Positions 35,010 to 47,600 of a stretch of DNA of 64,000 nucleotides are shown here, piece by piece. Source of the DNA: Basidiobolus meristosporus CBS 931.73 (lineage: Eukaryota > Fungi > Basidiobolomycota); assembly GCA_002104905.1 (NCBI GenBank), contig MCFE01000447.1:1-64000 (forward strand). The letters are read 5' to 3'. Under the pieces are notes generated by a model. The model searched no databases. It was not told the origin of the DNA and saw only the letters and a list, made by a program, of their open reading frames with translations. How positions within the stretch are numbered: position 1 is the first letter of the stretch; every line of letters begins with the position of its first letter. A program made the translations under genes and the position numbers.

Positions 35010-35377
35010 TGTTATGATCTGCTGCTTGAATGTTTAAGTTAGGTCAGTTTTTAGTCAAATCAATTAGTATATGTTTAGGTTATCAGTATATCAGTATTAT
35101 CTATGAAATCAGTAGCCTTAATCAGCAAATGAATCAGCAGATCCATATCAGACAGAAATAGATATATTAAGTAGGATCTTATTGGGTGATGATGATGCAA
35201 TCAAATGAGTCATCAGCCACAACCTACATTAGGAAATACAATTAGTCAGCAATTGATCTGGCAAAATGTATATGAGGAGCTGCTGGAACCTCAATAAATA
35301 TCAGTTCAAGTTTTAGTGAATACAATACTAGCTAAACTCCCTATTCCTCTACAACTCTTATACCAAGACTTGTAACA
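35010..35377 (+). repeat. Solo G1 LTR
   Basis: 368 bp TGTTATG..GTAACA with 4-bp TSD GGTA at 35006-35009 and 35378-35381. Confidence 0.93.
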
Positions 35378-36211
35378 GGTATATCCCATCTGCCAAGATC
35401 TTGTGGCCTAGGAACAACAATTTTGTATACAGGAAATGGCACTTCTTGGGAAGTAGTTTGAGTTGGTTCTCAAGGAGGGCTGTCAGGATACATTGCACTT
35501 TGTGTATATGTTCTTCTACATTGGGGGAAAATATCAGGATGTTGTCCAGATGCACCAGAGCGCATTCCCATTGTAAATTTCCTAGCACCTTGTCAATCAT
35601 CCTTGGAACATAGCAGGAGCATTTCACAAGCCAAAGGGTGGTTGGCTCCATTTGTATAGTCCAAACAATGTTATAAAAGCGGTTTTGGGTCAATCTTCCA
35701 GGGCTACTTCTACTGCTAATAACTGGAGATTAAGTCAAGAGAGTCAAAATAGTTAGCTCTGACCAATCTGCCCAAGAAGTTGTCTATTTGTGGTAGTAGA
35801 TACACATCCTTCTAGGTGACAGCATTCAAATTTTGGCAGTCAATGCAAAAATGTTGCTCTCTGTCTTTCTTTGAGACTTTCACTACAGCAGAGGCCTATG
35901 GGGAATGGCTCTCTGTAACTATGTTGTTCTTTAATAAAGTTTCAATCATCTCTTTGATATAATCTATGTCAATTTACAAGTTCCTATAGGCTTTTTGCTT
36001 GACAGGGTATTTGTTGGCAAGGTGGATTTGGTGATATACCCTAGGTATATGGCCAATTACTTGGTTATTAGAGAATACTTGGGCCAGTGGGTGAATTCCT
36101 TTTGGGAGCTAGTCCTGTAATGCAGGCAGTAGACCAAGGTCCACATCTAGTTTGGGGAGTTCCTCTTCTGGTTCCTTGCTTGCAGGCGCCTCCTCTAGTC
36201 AATGTCACTGT

Positions 36212-37049
36212 TGTAGTGGGGTCACAGTGACACCCACTGACAGCTATGCTCATTCCCATATTTTCTACTCTCCTATTTCTCTACTACACTTATCTTAGTT
36301 TTATCCCATTTGTCTAACCTGATCAGCACTATCCCATAAACTGGTTGACTATCACACCTGCTTACTTTATTGCATAGGTTATCCCTCATTTTATGTAATA
36401 TTAATAGCAGTAAGTGCTTCTAGTAGCCAAATACCTGCACCAGTACACATGGCACATGATCAACCCATGTCACCATCCCTATGAATTCCTTATCATATAT
36501 GGTATCCCTATGCTACACAGTTTTCAGAGTACTAATTCCTGATTGGTTGGATGTGATGTGCCTCTTAGAACCTTCCAGCACCAACTTAGAACATTCTTAG
36601 GTCATTCTGATGTCATTTAGATTTCTATTGATATCCAGAACCTTTTGGAACACCTTGATTTGTAATTACTCAGCCAGTGGGAAAAGTATATAAGGGAGGC
36701 TATCCCTCAACAATACATCATCATCCCTTTTATCAATATAACAACTAGTTGATTAGTGTGATCACTGCCACCTGCTGCTACCTGAACTTCCAACCCCAGA
36801 CCACATGACACTCCCAGGAAACTGCGCTGACTGCCAACTGATCTTGGAGGCACTACTTGTGAGGAAAACTCAGAGTAGGTATCTTTTATTATGTTCAATT
36901 CTTTCCCAAGTTTGTTCTTGTACAGGCAAAGATACTTTTCTGTCTTTGTAACTATTGACCACAGCTGCATTCTTATCAAGTCCCTGATGGTGGAGTTTAC
37001 AGTTGTTTTGACTTTGGAAGCTTTAGTACATTGTCATCTCAAAGGATGC
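36212..37049 (+). repeat. LTR of gypsy lineage A', truncated at its 3' end by another LTR
   Basis: High similarity to about 900-1370. Starts TGTAGTGG (start approximate). Confidence 0.6.
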
Positions 37050-38152
37050 TGTGGTAGGGTAAACATACCTCCCACAGACAAGTTTACTCATATAGTCATT
37101 ATGATATACTTATCCATATTTTATCTTATCAGTATTATCCCATTCTTCTTTTGCCCATATTATCAGTATTATCCCCATATGATGTTTATGCTGATTTGTT
37201 ATTAACATTAGTTATCCCAGATGTTATTCAGCTTTGTGATCAGTAGATGTATCTATATAAGGCAAGTACCCGCGTCAGTACCTGTGACACATGACCTAGG
37301 TCTGTGTTACCATCCCTACCATTTCAATACCATATATGGTATTTCTATGTTGCACAGGCTTCAGACTACTGGTTCCTGATTGGTTGAAAGTGCTGTGCCT
37401 TTCAGAACCTTCCAGGACATTCTTGGCATATTTTTAGCTCATAGTGATGTCATCAAGAATTCCACTGATACCTAGAATCTTCTAGAACCTTGTCATTAGT
37501 AATCACTTGGCAATCAGGAAAAGTATTTAAAGGAAAGCAATCCCTCATCAATAAATCATCCCTTCTATCAGTAACACTTCTACCTTATTGATTAGCAGTT
37601 GATCACTGCACCTGCCTTCAACAGTACATCTCAGACCTGCAATCAAGGAGCTTTTCAGGGTAGTGCACAAGACACACAGAGGCCTTTGGAGACACTCGGA
37701 GCACCTAGGAAGCTAGAGAAGCAGGAGCTTTTACCAGTGGCATATTGACAAAGACACCAGCAGTTTGGACACAGAGGTTATTGTGTTATGATCTGCCGCT
37801 TGAATGTTTAAGTTAGATCAGTTTTTAGTCAAATCAGTTAGTATATGTTTAGGTTATCAGTACATCAGTATTATCTATGAAATCAGTAGCATTAGTCAGC
37901 AAATGAATCAGCAGATCCTTATCAGACAGAAATAGATATATTAAGTAGGATCTTATTGGGTGATGATGATGCAATCAAATGAGTCATCAGCCACAACCTA
38001 CATTAGGAAATACAATTAGTCAGTAATTGATCTGGCAAAATGTATATAAGGAGCTGCTGGAACCTCAATAAAAATCAGTTCAAGTTTTAGTGAATACAAT
38101 ACTAGCTAAACTCCCTATTCCTCTACAACTCTTATACCAAGACTTGTAACAT

Positions 38153-38163
38153 TGGTAGCAGCG
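38153..38163 (+). promoter_or_regulatory. Primer-binding site complementary to a tRNA 3' end (probably tRNA-iMet)
   Basis: TGGTAGCAGCG lies 1 nt after the LTR and resembles the iMet PBS types TGGTAGCGCCG and TGGTAGCAGAG. Confidence 0.75.
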
Positions 38164-38209
38164 ATAACCAGAAACCTCCCTCCTGAAGAAAGAAGAAACC
38201 ACCCTCAAG

Positions 38210-40498
38210 ATGTCGGACAATCAAGAATGGAAGAATGCCATGCAGCAAATCCTGGCCCAACAGCAACAGCTACTCCAGATCCTCAGCCAACAGCAACAAG
38301 GAATGACTACCATGGCTCAGAGCCAGCAAAGCCCTGTCAAGAGCAACTTTAGTGTGAAGGTCAACCGGTACCATGGCAGAGTCAATGAAAACCTGGGAAC
38401 TTGGCTCTTTCAGATTGAAGAAGCTTTTAAAGCTAAAGGAATTGCTCCAGAGAGCAAGTTGCATTATGCAGCTTCTTACCTGGCAGATGCAGCTTTACAG
38501 TGGTACCACAACAAGATCAGGTCAGCCACTATGATGGGATGCTCTACAATCTCTACCTGGGATGAGTTTGTGTCGGAAATTCAGGATGCTTTTGAACCTC
38601 CACACCAGCAGACACTACTAAGAAGGAAGTTAAAGACACTCAGACAGAAAGGAATGGTGCAAGAATACATCTATGAGTACAGATGTCTACTTGGACAAAT
38701 TGAAAGAATGGACCCCTTGGATCAAGTTGAATACTTAATTGATGGGTTGAAAGAAAGAACTCGCAAGGAAGTCAATTACCAAAGACCTCAGACTATTGAA
38801 GAAGCCATCAAGATTGCCATTGACTATGACTCAGCTATGTTTGGAGTTGGGAAGCCTACAGTGACTAATCAGAAAGGCTATAATCATTATGAAAGAAGAC
38901 AATCAGAAGCAGTACCAATGGAAATAGACGCTATGCAGAAGAATCCCTCCTCAGAAGAATGCAAGAAGAGAGGACTTTGCTTCAATTGCCACCAGCAGGG
39001 ACATATTGCAAAGTACTGCCCTCAGAGAAGAAATGGACACCAGCCAACAAGAACCTTCAACCATATTGAGTCCCATGAACACAATAATGAGGAAGATGAG
39101 CTTGAAGAAGACTCGGAACTCACCTTCCATATGACAGAAGAGTACTTGTCCCAAATGACTTCAAACTCAGGGAAGTTATTGTACCTGAATGGAGCAATCA
39201 ATGGAGTACCTGCCAAGATCATGATTGACTCAGGAGCATCGCATGAGTACATGTCAGAGCAATTTGCTTTGAAAGCTGGAATCAACTCGGAACCTACCAA
39301 ATCAACTTCAGTCTCCACAGCTGATGGGAACTCCCACATAATCAACCGTATTACACAGCCAGTAAGAATGAAGATCAATGACTATGAAGAAGACCTACAG
39401 GCTTATATATTTGGGAACTGCAAGTTTGACCTTGTACTTGGGAAAACCTGGCTATTTTGTCGTAATCCATCAATCAACTGGAGAACCCATGCTACTCAGA
39501 TCCAAAAAGACAACAAGACCTATGAGCTATTACCTGCCAGGCTGGATTTCAACTTGGTCAATTCCAGTGTGTGTGAGACAAGTGAACTTAGCAAGACCCA
39601 GTTCTGTAGAGCACTTAGAAAAGGTACCCAGATGTTCCTCATGGCGGTATTACAGGAGGATTCCTCTATCCCAGCACCCCAGCAGGTCCAGACTCTCTTG
39701 AAGAAATATTCAGACGTGTTTCCAGATGAGCTTGTAAGCCTACCACCAGTCAGAGACGTGGATCATGCCATTGACACAGGAGATAGCCCTCCAGTGAGCA
39801 AGACACCTTACAGAATGAGTCCATTGGAATTGGAGGAAATGAAGAAACAAATTGATCAGCTATTGGAGCAAGGATACATCAGGCCCAGCAAGTCACCTTG
39901 GGGAGCACCAGTGCTTTTTGTGAAAAAGAAGGATGGAACACTTAGGATGTGCATTGACTACAGAGCCCTGAACTCAGTTACCGTCAAGAATAAGTACCCC
40001 ATACCTCGGATTGATGAGCTTTTAGACCAACTTAATGGAGCCACTATTTTCAGCAAGATTGACCTCATGTCAGGATACAACCAGATTAGGGTGAAACCAG
40101 AAGATATCCCTAAGACAGCATTCAGGACCAGATATGGACATTACAAATACTTAGTCATGAGTTTTGGCCTCACTAATGCCCCTGCAACATTCATGACGCT
40201 GATGCAGACTGTCTTTCAGGAGTACTTAGACAAGTTTGTGATAATCTACCTGGATGACATATTGATATACAGCAAGACAGAAAAGGATCACATGGTGCAC
40301 ATTGAAAAGGTCTTGAAGAAACTAAGAGGGAACAAGCTATACGGCAAGCTAGCCAAGTGTGAATTCATCAAGGAACACGTAGAATATCTGGGACACATAG
40401 TGACTAGCACAGGAGTAACCTTAGACCCCAAGAAGGTGGAAGTAATCAAGAATTTGAAGCAGCCCCATAGCATATCAGAACTCAGATCCTTCCTTTGA
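38210..40498 (+). CDS. gag-pol: Gypsy Gag-PR-RT, first part of a single gag-pol frame ended by a premature TGA
   Basis: Retrotransposon gag, [50 protein letters not shown]. Confidence 0.9.
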   Translation: MSDNQEWKNAMQQILAQQQQLLQILSQQQQGMTTMAQSQQSPVKSNFSVKVNRYHGRVNENLGTWLFQIEEAFKAKGIAPESKLHYAASYLADAALQWYHNKIRSATMMGCSTISTWDEFVSEIQDAFEPPHQQTLLRRKLKTLRQKGMVQEYIYEYRCLLGQIERMDPLDQVEYLIDGLKERTRKEVNYQRPQTIEEAIKIAIDYDSAMFGVGKPTVTNQKGYNHYERRQSEAVPMEIDAMQKNPSSEECKKRGLCFNCHQQGHIAKYCPQRRNGHQPTRTFNHIESHEHNNEEDELEEDSELTFHMTEEYLSQMTSNSGKLLYLNGAINGVPAKIMIDSGASHEYMSEQFALKAGINSEPTKSTSVSTADGNSHIINRITQPVRMKINDYEEDLQAYIFGNCKFDLVLGKTWLFCRNPSINWRTHATQIQKDNKTYELLPARLDFNLVNSSVCETSELSKTQFCRALRKGTQMFLMAVLQEDSSIPAPQQVQTLLKKYSDVFPDELVSLPPVRDVDHAIDTGDSPPVSKTPYRMSPLELEEMKKQIDQLLEQGYIRPSKSPWGAPVLFVKKKDGTLRMCIDYRALNSVTVKNKYPIPRIDELLDQLNGATIFSKIDLMSGYNQIRVKPEDIPKTAFRTRYGHYKYLVMSFGLTNAPATFMTLMQTVFQEYLDKFVIIYLDDILIYSKTEKDHMVHIEKVLKKLRGNKLYGKLAKCEFIKEHVEYLGHIVTSTGVTLDPKKVEVIKNLKQPHSISELRSFL

Positions 40499-42343
40499 AT
40501 GGCTTCCTATTATCGGAGATTTGTCAAGTCATTTGCAAGTATTTCAGCCCCTTTAACTGATATCCTCAAGAAAGACAATACCTACAAGTGGGACATAGCT
40601 TGTGAGACTGCCTTCCAGACACTAAAGAATGAACTTGCTAAGCTGCCAAGCTTAAGAATACCAGACTTCAGAAAAGAGTTCACTCTGTGCACAGATGCTT
40701 CAGATTATGCAATTGGTGGAGTGCTGAGCCATGAACACGAGGGAAAGGACTACCCTGTTGCCTTTGAATCCAAGAAACTGAACTCAGCAGAACAAAACTA
40801 TCCAGTCCATGAGAAGGAGATGCTTGCTATAATACACTGTTTGAAGACATGGAGATGCTATATTGAAGGAGTCAATTGCACTGTGAAGACTGATCATGCC
40901 TCCCTCAAGTATATATTTACTCAGAAGGTACTCTCTAGAAGAATGACAAGATGGAGTGAATACATTCAGCAATTTGACCTGGAGATTGTCTACTGTCCTG
41001 GAAAAAACAACACGGTTGCTGATGCCTTATCAAGATTAGATCAAGTTGCACAACTCAACTTGGTGCATGAATCAGATTGGCCTAGCCTATTACCAAAGTA
41101 CTTGGAGGACCAAGCCATTCCTAATGAGGTGGATGAAGATATCAAGAAGATAATCCGTGATGAGGCCAGCAAATTTGTTGTACAGAATGAAACACTCTAC
41201 CGAATTGTTGATGGAAGCCCTATTGCCTATTGTCCTTATGTTGCTCGCCTGGATTTAATACATAAGCTACACAATGGATATGGACATCTTGGGATTGAAG
41301 GAACCTATAGCCTTGTAAAAGCCAGAGCATGGTGGCCCAGAATGAAACAAGACATTGAGAAGCTAGTAAAAACATGCCCAAACTGCCAAATCAATCAAGG
41401 CCAGCCACAAAGAATTGCCGAACTCTTCCCTTTGGAGCCTGTAAGACCATTTGAGAGATGGGGAATTGACTTTATTGGAAGACTGCCAACTACCAGGAAA
41501 TGCAACCGTTGGATCCTAGTAGCAATTGACCATGCCACTAAATGGCCAGTTGCCAAAGCTGTACCAATAGCCAGTGAACAAGAAGTTGCAAGTTTCATTT
41601 ACCATGAGATCCTGATGAAGTTTGGATGCCCTGTGGAGATCTTATCCGATAGAGGTGCAAACTTTATGGCAAAGACATTAGAGGCTTACCTGGAAATGCA
41701 GCAGATCAGACACTTGAAAACCTCGGCATATCACCCCAGAACTAATGGAGTCACTGAGCGGTTTAATGGATTATTTGGAAAAATGCTGACCAAGTATGCA
41801 AATGGAGTTGTCAGTAGATGGGATGAGTATATAGACCAAGCACTCTTTGCATGCAGAGTCAGAGTACACAACACCACCCAGCAATCACCATTTTACTTAG
41901 TTTATGGATGTGAACCAAGGATTCCAGGAGATCTCACACAACCAAAGCTTACAGACACCTTAGAAGATGAACTCAGTCAGCCAAGTAGACACCAGCAACT
42001 GGAACAAAGACGTCAAGAGGCACAGACCAAAGTATCTCAAAGTGCAGAAAAGATGAAGCAGAGATTTGATAAGACTGTAGCACCAGAAGCATTGACAGTT
42101 GGGAACTTTGTATTGCTAAGAAACAACACTTGGAAGAAGTTTGAGCCACAATGGACAGGACCATTCAAGATCATCAGAGAATGTCCATTTGCAACTTACC
42201 AACTGGTGGACAAACAAGGCAATATCCGGGAAGACTTAGTGCATAGGGACAGACTCAAGCTTGCAAGACTTGCTGATAATACTGAACCATTAAGATATTG
42301 GTATCACAAGAAAAGAGATTCAGGAGAACCCTCTCAACTTTAG
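40499..42343 (+). CDS. pol: Gypsy RNase H-integrase, same frame as 38210-40498
   Basis: TDASDYAIG, TDHASL, H..GH..C..C zinc finger, WGIDFIG, SDRG, YHPRTNGVTER, WTGPF. No chromodomain seen. Confidence 0.9.
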   Translation: MASYYRRFVKSFASISAPLTDILKKDNTYKWDIACETAFQTLKNELAKLPSLRIPDFRKEFTLCTDASDYAIGGVLSHEHEGKDYPVAFESKKLNSAEQNYPVHEKEMLAIIHCLKTWRCYIEGVNCTVKTDHASLKYIFTQKVLSRRMTRWSEYIQQFDLEIVYCPGKNNTVADALSRLDQVAQLNLVHESDWPSLLPKYLEDQAIPNEVDEDIKKIIRDEASKFVVQNETLYRIVDGSPIAYCPYVARLDLIHKLHNGYGHLGIEGTYSLVKARAWWPRMKQDIEKLVKTCPNCQINQGQPQRIAELFPLEPVRPFERWGIDFIGRLPTTRKCNRWILVAIDHATKWPVAKAVPIASEQEVASFIYHEILMKFGCPVEILSDRGANFMAKTLEAYLEMQQIRHLKTSAYHPRTNGVTERFNGLFGKMLTKYANGVVSRWDEYIDQALFACRVRVHNTTQQSPFYLVYGCEPRIPGDLTQPKLTDTLEDELSQPSRHQQLEQRRQEAQTKVSQSAEKMKQRFDKTVAPEALTVGNFVLLRNNTWKKFEPQWTGPFKIIRECPFATYQLVDKQGNIREDLVHRDRLKLARLADNTEPLRYWYHKKRDSGEPSQL

Positions 42344-44630
42344 TAGGGGAGAATGTTATGATCTGCCGCTTGAATGTTTAAGTTAGATCAGTTTTTAGTC
42401 AAATCAGTTAGTATATGTTTAGGTTATCAGTACATCAGTATTATCTATGAAATCAGTAGCATTAGTCAGCAAATGAATCAGCAGATCCTTATCAGACAGA
42501 AATAGATATATTAAGTAGGATCTTATTGGGTGATGATGATGCAATCAAATGAGTCATCAGCCACAACCTACATTAGGAAATACAATTAGTCAGCAATTGA
42601 TCTGGCAAAATGTATATAAGGAGCTGCTGGAACCTCAATAAAAATCAGTTCAAGTTTTAGTGAATACAATACTAGCTAAACTCCCTATTCCTCTACAACT
42701 CTTATACCAAGACTTGTAACAATTGCACCCATCAGACACCTCACACACCTTGAGTTGAGTAGCTTCTCCCAGGAGTACCCCTACACCACCACAACGCTGA
42801 ACCCAGGACATACTTTTGTTAAGAAACCAACTAAGTTGGGGATTGTAGCTCAATAGTTTTCCCTTAACAAGCTTGTGGCTTTATTCCCCATCACATAAGA
42901 TTAGAGACAGAGCCCAAGTATTCCTAGCAAGCTTTTGCCAAAGATTATTGCACCCAGTGAACACCCCACACACAAAACAATTGAGAAGTGTTGGATGTAT
43001 CTCTTCCTTGAACATATATACTACCACACCATGTGTCACCCATTGTTAGCCACTAGGCACCTCAGACTTTGCGTTCCAAATTCTGGCGGTATCCATACTT
43101 TAGGGATTGAGATTCCTTCCAGTTGCTTGGATACATTTGTTGCAATTAACATTCTTTCACTTGTCAAATAAGCTATTGGTGTCTCTAATGTAATTGCCAT
43201 CTCACTGGCTGGTGGTATTTGTCACCTTTTGTGTGATGATTGGAGACTGTGGCGGTTTCACCTCTTTGATTGTCACACTGTTCCTACAAAGCAACTTGTC
43301 AACACTTTTTCTTCTACTCTTTGACTGTTCTGACCAGAGGGCTTAGACTGCCTGAGTACTGTTGGCCTCCTGGCAAGGGACTCTGTCTTGTAATGCCTAC
43401 TCCTCTTTTGTGTCCAGCACAGGTTCTTGTCTGTACCATTTTTCACATTTGTGGGCCCAGTGGCTTACTTCTCCACATTCATAACATGGATACTGTTGTC
43501 ACAGTCATTCCATCTGTTGGGTCAGGGCTTGCACATGGGCCTTTAGATCTACAACTGCGTTCCAGAGTTTATCACCTTCTTTTGCAAGTTCTTGGACATT
43601 GTTGATCAAGAATTCTTGGACCTTTTGCCGTAATTCCTCTAACTCACAGTCTTTGGGGGAGGTAATTATTCCTTTCTTGCAGGGGATTTCTGATCTTTGA
43701 TCGCTTTTATCACTTTATGGCAGCCCCCATAGCAAGATGACCCCTTGTACTTGCTTGACCAACTCTTGCAATGTTTTGCATCACTGTTGTTCAGTGGATG
43801 CCCTATGTCTTACTTTGTTGTCTAAGCCCATGATTTAATACCTCATGAGCATTTGTTTGGCAATTTTGACCTTTGGGAGACATCAAACTTGTTGTGGAAA
43901 CAGTTTGGTGCAGGCTTCATAGCTCTCACTGCTTTTCTTCCATGACAATGGTAGAAGGGCTTTGTAGTGGTATCCTTTGGCATACAGAAAGCATGTCTTA
44001 TAGGCTTCTTCTAGTGCATTGCAGTTGTCTTTACCTGTGTCTTCCAACCTATAATGCCATTGCCATACTGACCCTTCCAAATCTCTTGCAAACTGCCTTA
44101 CTCTCTTATAGCTGTCCCATCCTGCATTAACCGCAACACTCTCATACTTACCAAGCCACTCAAAGGCTTTCTCTCTCTTTCCCTTGTATGTTTTAGCTTG
44201 ATTGTAGTAGTCATTACCTCTCTTGTGCTTATTCCTGCAGATATGGCACTATATATGTGGGTTATTACTGACTGTACTTGGTGAGTGGGAGAGCTTGTAG
44301 GTCAGGTCAGTACCACTTGGCTCAGAATAGCATCCAATAGAAGGTAGCAAGGTAATAAAGACTTGCATTTATTCCATCCATTTCTTGTTGTTCTCTCACT
44401 TGGTTCAATTGGATATATGTATATCACTTGGTGGGGCTTAGATAATAGACAATGTGTTATAAAATAGGTGTGTGAGCACCTTCCTGTTATGGTATGTATT
44501 CTAACTCAATAAGGGCAGGAAAAGGAGGGAGGATGCATGTGGGGATCATAGGGAGGATACTAAGGGACTTTGGGTAGGACTCAGGGGAGAGCTCTTGCAC
44601 AAAGAGTGGGTACTACACTTAGTACTCACA

Positions 44631-47600
44631 TATTCTTGCTCCAATAGCTGATCTATTTGTCTCTTCATCTCTTCCAACTCCAATGGGCTCCTTCTGTAAG
44701 ATGTCTTACTCACTGGAGGGCTATCTGCCGTGTCAATGGAATGATCCACATCTGTAACTGGTGGTTAGCTTAAAAGTTCATCTTGAAATATGTCTGAATA
44801 TTCCTCCAATAGAGTCTGGCATTCTGGGGTACTGAGCAGAGGAATTCTCCTGTAATACTGCCATGAGGAACATCTGCATGCCTTTACTGAGTGCTCTACA
44901 GATCTGTGTTGTACTAAGTTCACTTGTTACATACATTGGAGTTGACCAAGTTGAAATCCAGTCTGGCAGGTAATAGCTCTTAGGTCTTGTTGTCCATCCG
45001 GATCTGAGGAGAATGAGCTCTCCAGTTGATTGATGGATTACAACAAATTAGCCAGGTTTTTCCAAGTACAAGGTCAACCTTGCAGTTCTCAAATATGTAG
45101 GCCTGTAGAACTTCTTCATAGTTGTTGATCTCAATCTTTTCTAGCTGAGTAATACAGTTAATTATGTGAGAGTTTCCATCAGCTGTTGAGACTGAAGTTA
45201 ATTTGATGGGTTCCAAGCTGATTCCAGCGTCTAAAGCAAATTGCTCTGACACACACTAATGCAATCCTCCTGAGTCAATCATGATCTTGGCAGGTACTTC
45301 ATTGATTTCTCCATCAAAATATAATAGCTTTCCTGAGTTTCAGGTCATTTGAGATAGGTATTCCTCTGTCATATGGAAAGTGAGTTCTGAGTCTTTTTCA
45401 AGCTCATCCCCCATGTTCCTATGCTCAAGGGCTTCTATATGGTTGAATGCTCTTGATGGCTGGTGTCTATTTCTTCTCAGAGGGCAGTACTTGGCAATAT
45501 GTCTCTGCTGGTGGCAATTGAAGCAAAGTCCTTTCTTCTTACATTCTTCTGAGGTAGGACTCTTCTGCAGAGTGTCTATTTCCATTGGCACTGCTTCTGA
45601 TTGTCTTCTCACAGAGTGATTGTAGCCTCTCTGATTAGTCATTGTGAGCTTTCCAACTCCCAGCACAGTTGAGTTGTAGTCAATGGCAATCTTGATAGCT
45701 TCTACAATAGTTTGAGGTCTTCAATAATAATTCACTTCCTTGCAAGTTCTTCCTTTTAACCCATCTATAAATTATTTTACTTGATCCAGAGGGTCTATTC
45801 TTTCAATTTGCCCAAGTAGACATCTATATTCATGGATGTACTCTTGGACCATTCCTTTCTGGCTGAGTGTCTTCAACTTTCTTCTTGGTAGTGTCTGCTG
45901 GTGTGGAGGCTCAAAAGCATCCTGACTTTCCAACACAAACCCATCTCAGGTAGAGATTATAGAGCATCCCATCATGGAGGCTAACCTTATCTTGTTGCAG
46001 TACCACTGTAAAGCTGCATCTTCCAGGTAAGAGGCTGCATAATGTAACTTGCTTTCCAAGGCAATTTCCTTAGCCTTGAAAGCTTCTGCAATCTGGAAGA
46101 ATCAAGTTACCTGGTCTTCACTTGTTACAAGTCTTGGTATAAGAGTTGTAGAGGAATAGGGAGTTTAGCTAGTATTGTATTCACTAAAACTTGGACTCAT
46201 TTCTATTGAGGTTCCAGCAGCTCCTTATATACATTTTGCTAGATCAATTGCTGACTAATTGTACTTCCTAATGTAGGTTGTGGCTGATGACTCAGTTGAT
46301 TGCATCATCATCACCCAATAAGATCCTACTTAATATATCTATTTCTGTTTGATAAGGATCTGCTGATTCATTTGCTGACTAATGCTACTGATTTCATAGA
46401 TAATACTGATATACTGATAACCTAAACATATACTAATTGATTTGACTAAAAACTGATCTAACTTAAACATTCAAGCGGCAGATCATAACATTCTCCCCTA
46501 CTAAAGTTGAGAGGGTTCTCCTGAATCTCTTTTCTTGTGATACCAATATCTTGATGGTTCAGTATTATCGGCAAGTCTTGCAAGTTTGAGTCTGTCCCTA
46601 TGCACTAAGTCTTCCTGGATATTGCCTTGTTTGTCCACCAGTTGGTAAGTTGCAAATGGACATTTTCTGATGATCTTGAATGGTCCTGTCCATTGTGGCT
46701 CAAACTTCTTCCAAGTGTTGTTTCTTAGCAATACAAAGTTCTCAACTGTCAATGCTTCTGGTGTTATAGTTTTATCAAATCTCTGCTCATCATTTCTGCA
46801 CTTTGAGATACCTTGGTCTGAGCCTCTTGATATCTTTGTTCAGTTGCCATTTGCATACTTGGTCAGCATTTTTCCAAATAATCCATTAAACCACTCAGTG
46901 ACTCCATTAGTTCTGGGGTGATATGCCAAGGTTTTCAAGTGTCTGATCTGATGCATTTCCAGGTAAGCTTCTAATGTCTTTGCCATAAAGTTTGCACCTC
47001 TATTGGATAAGATCTCCACAGGGCATCCAAACTTCATCAGGATCTCATGGTAAATGAAACTTGCAACTTCTTGTTTGCTGGCTATTGGTACAGCTTTAGC
47101 AACTGGCCATTTAGTTGCATGGTCAATTTCTACTAGGATCCAACGGTTGCATTTCCTGGTAGTTGGCAGTCTTCCAATAAAGTCAATTCCCCATCTCTCA
47201 AATGGTGTTACAGGCTCCAAAGGGAAGAGTTTGGCAATTCTTTGTGGCTGGCCTTGATTGATTTGGCAGTTTGGGCATGTTTTCACTAGCTTCTCAATAT
47301 CTTGTTTCATTCTGGGCAACCATGCTCTGGCTTTCACAAGGCTATAGGTTCCTTCAATCCCAAGATGTCCATATCCATTGTGAAGCTTATGTATTAAATC
47401 CAGGCAAGCAACATAAGGACAATAGGCAATAGGGCTTCCATCAACAATTTGGTAGAGTGTTTCATTCTGTACTACAAATCTGCTAGCTTCATCACGGATT
47501 ATCTTCTTGATATCTTCATCCACCTCATTAGGAATGTCTTGGTCCTCCCAGTACTTTGGTAATAGGCTAGGCCAATCTGATTCATGCACCTAGTTGAGTT

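Larger units (their letters stand above)
37784..42721 (+). mobile_element. Near-intact Ty3/gypsy element G1 (4938 bp)
   Basis: 368-bp LTRs 37784-38151 and 42354-42721 differ at one position. TSD ATTG at 37780-37783 and 42722-42725. PBS TGGTAGCAGCG 38153-38163, PPT AGTAGGGGAGAA 42342-42353. Confidence 0.95.
37050..43028 (+). repeat. Related ~1 kb LTR (37050-37783 plus 42722-43028) split by the G1 insertion
   Basis: Terminal inverted TGTGGTAG..CTACCACA. The 3' part matches 1367-1600. No matching TSD. Confidence 0.6.
31764..44630 (-). mobile_element. Old gypsy lineage H, heavily decayed, host to several insertions
   Basis: Gag (YKGKREKAFEWLGKYE..W, CYECGEVSHWAHKC) at about 44200-43450. RT at 36210-35380 (ALVHLDNILIFS), RNase H at about 34500, integrase (KWVEAQAV, AYHPQTN, KPGDKVW) at about 34100-33280. 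Matching LTR-start segments at 31764-31818 and 44576-44630. Boundaries are approximate. Confidence 0.6.

Noticed and set aside
43030-43039. CATGTGTCAC after the LTR end is complementary to GTGACACATG inside the LTR (about 37284), suggesting Tf1-like self-priming
   Set aside because: The downstream sequence belongs to the opposite-strand lineage H pol, and the main TATA/polyA pair lies elsewhere. Likely chance.
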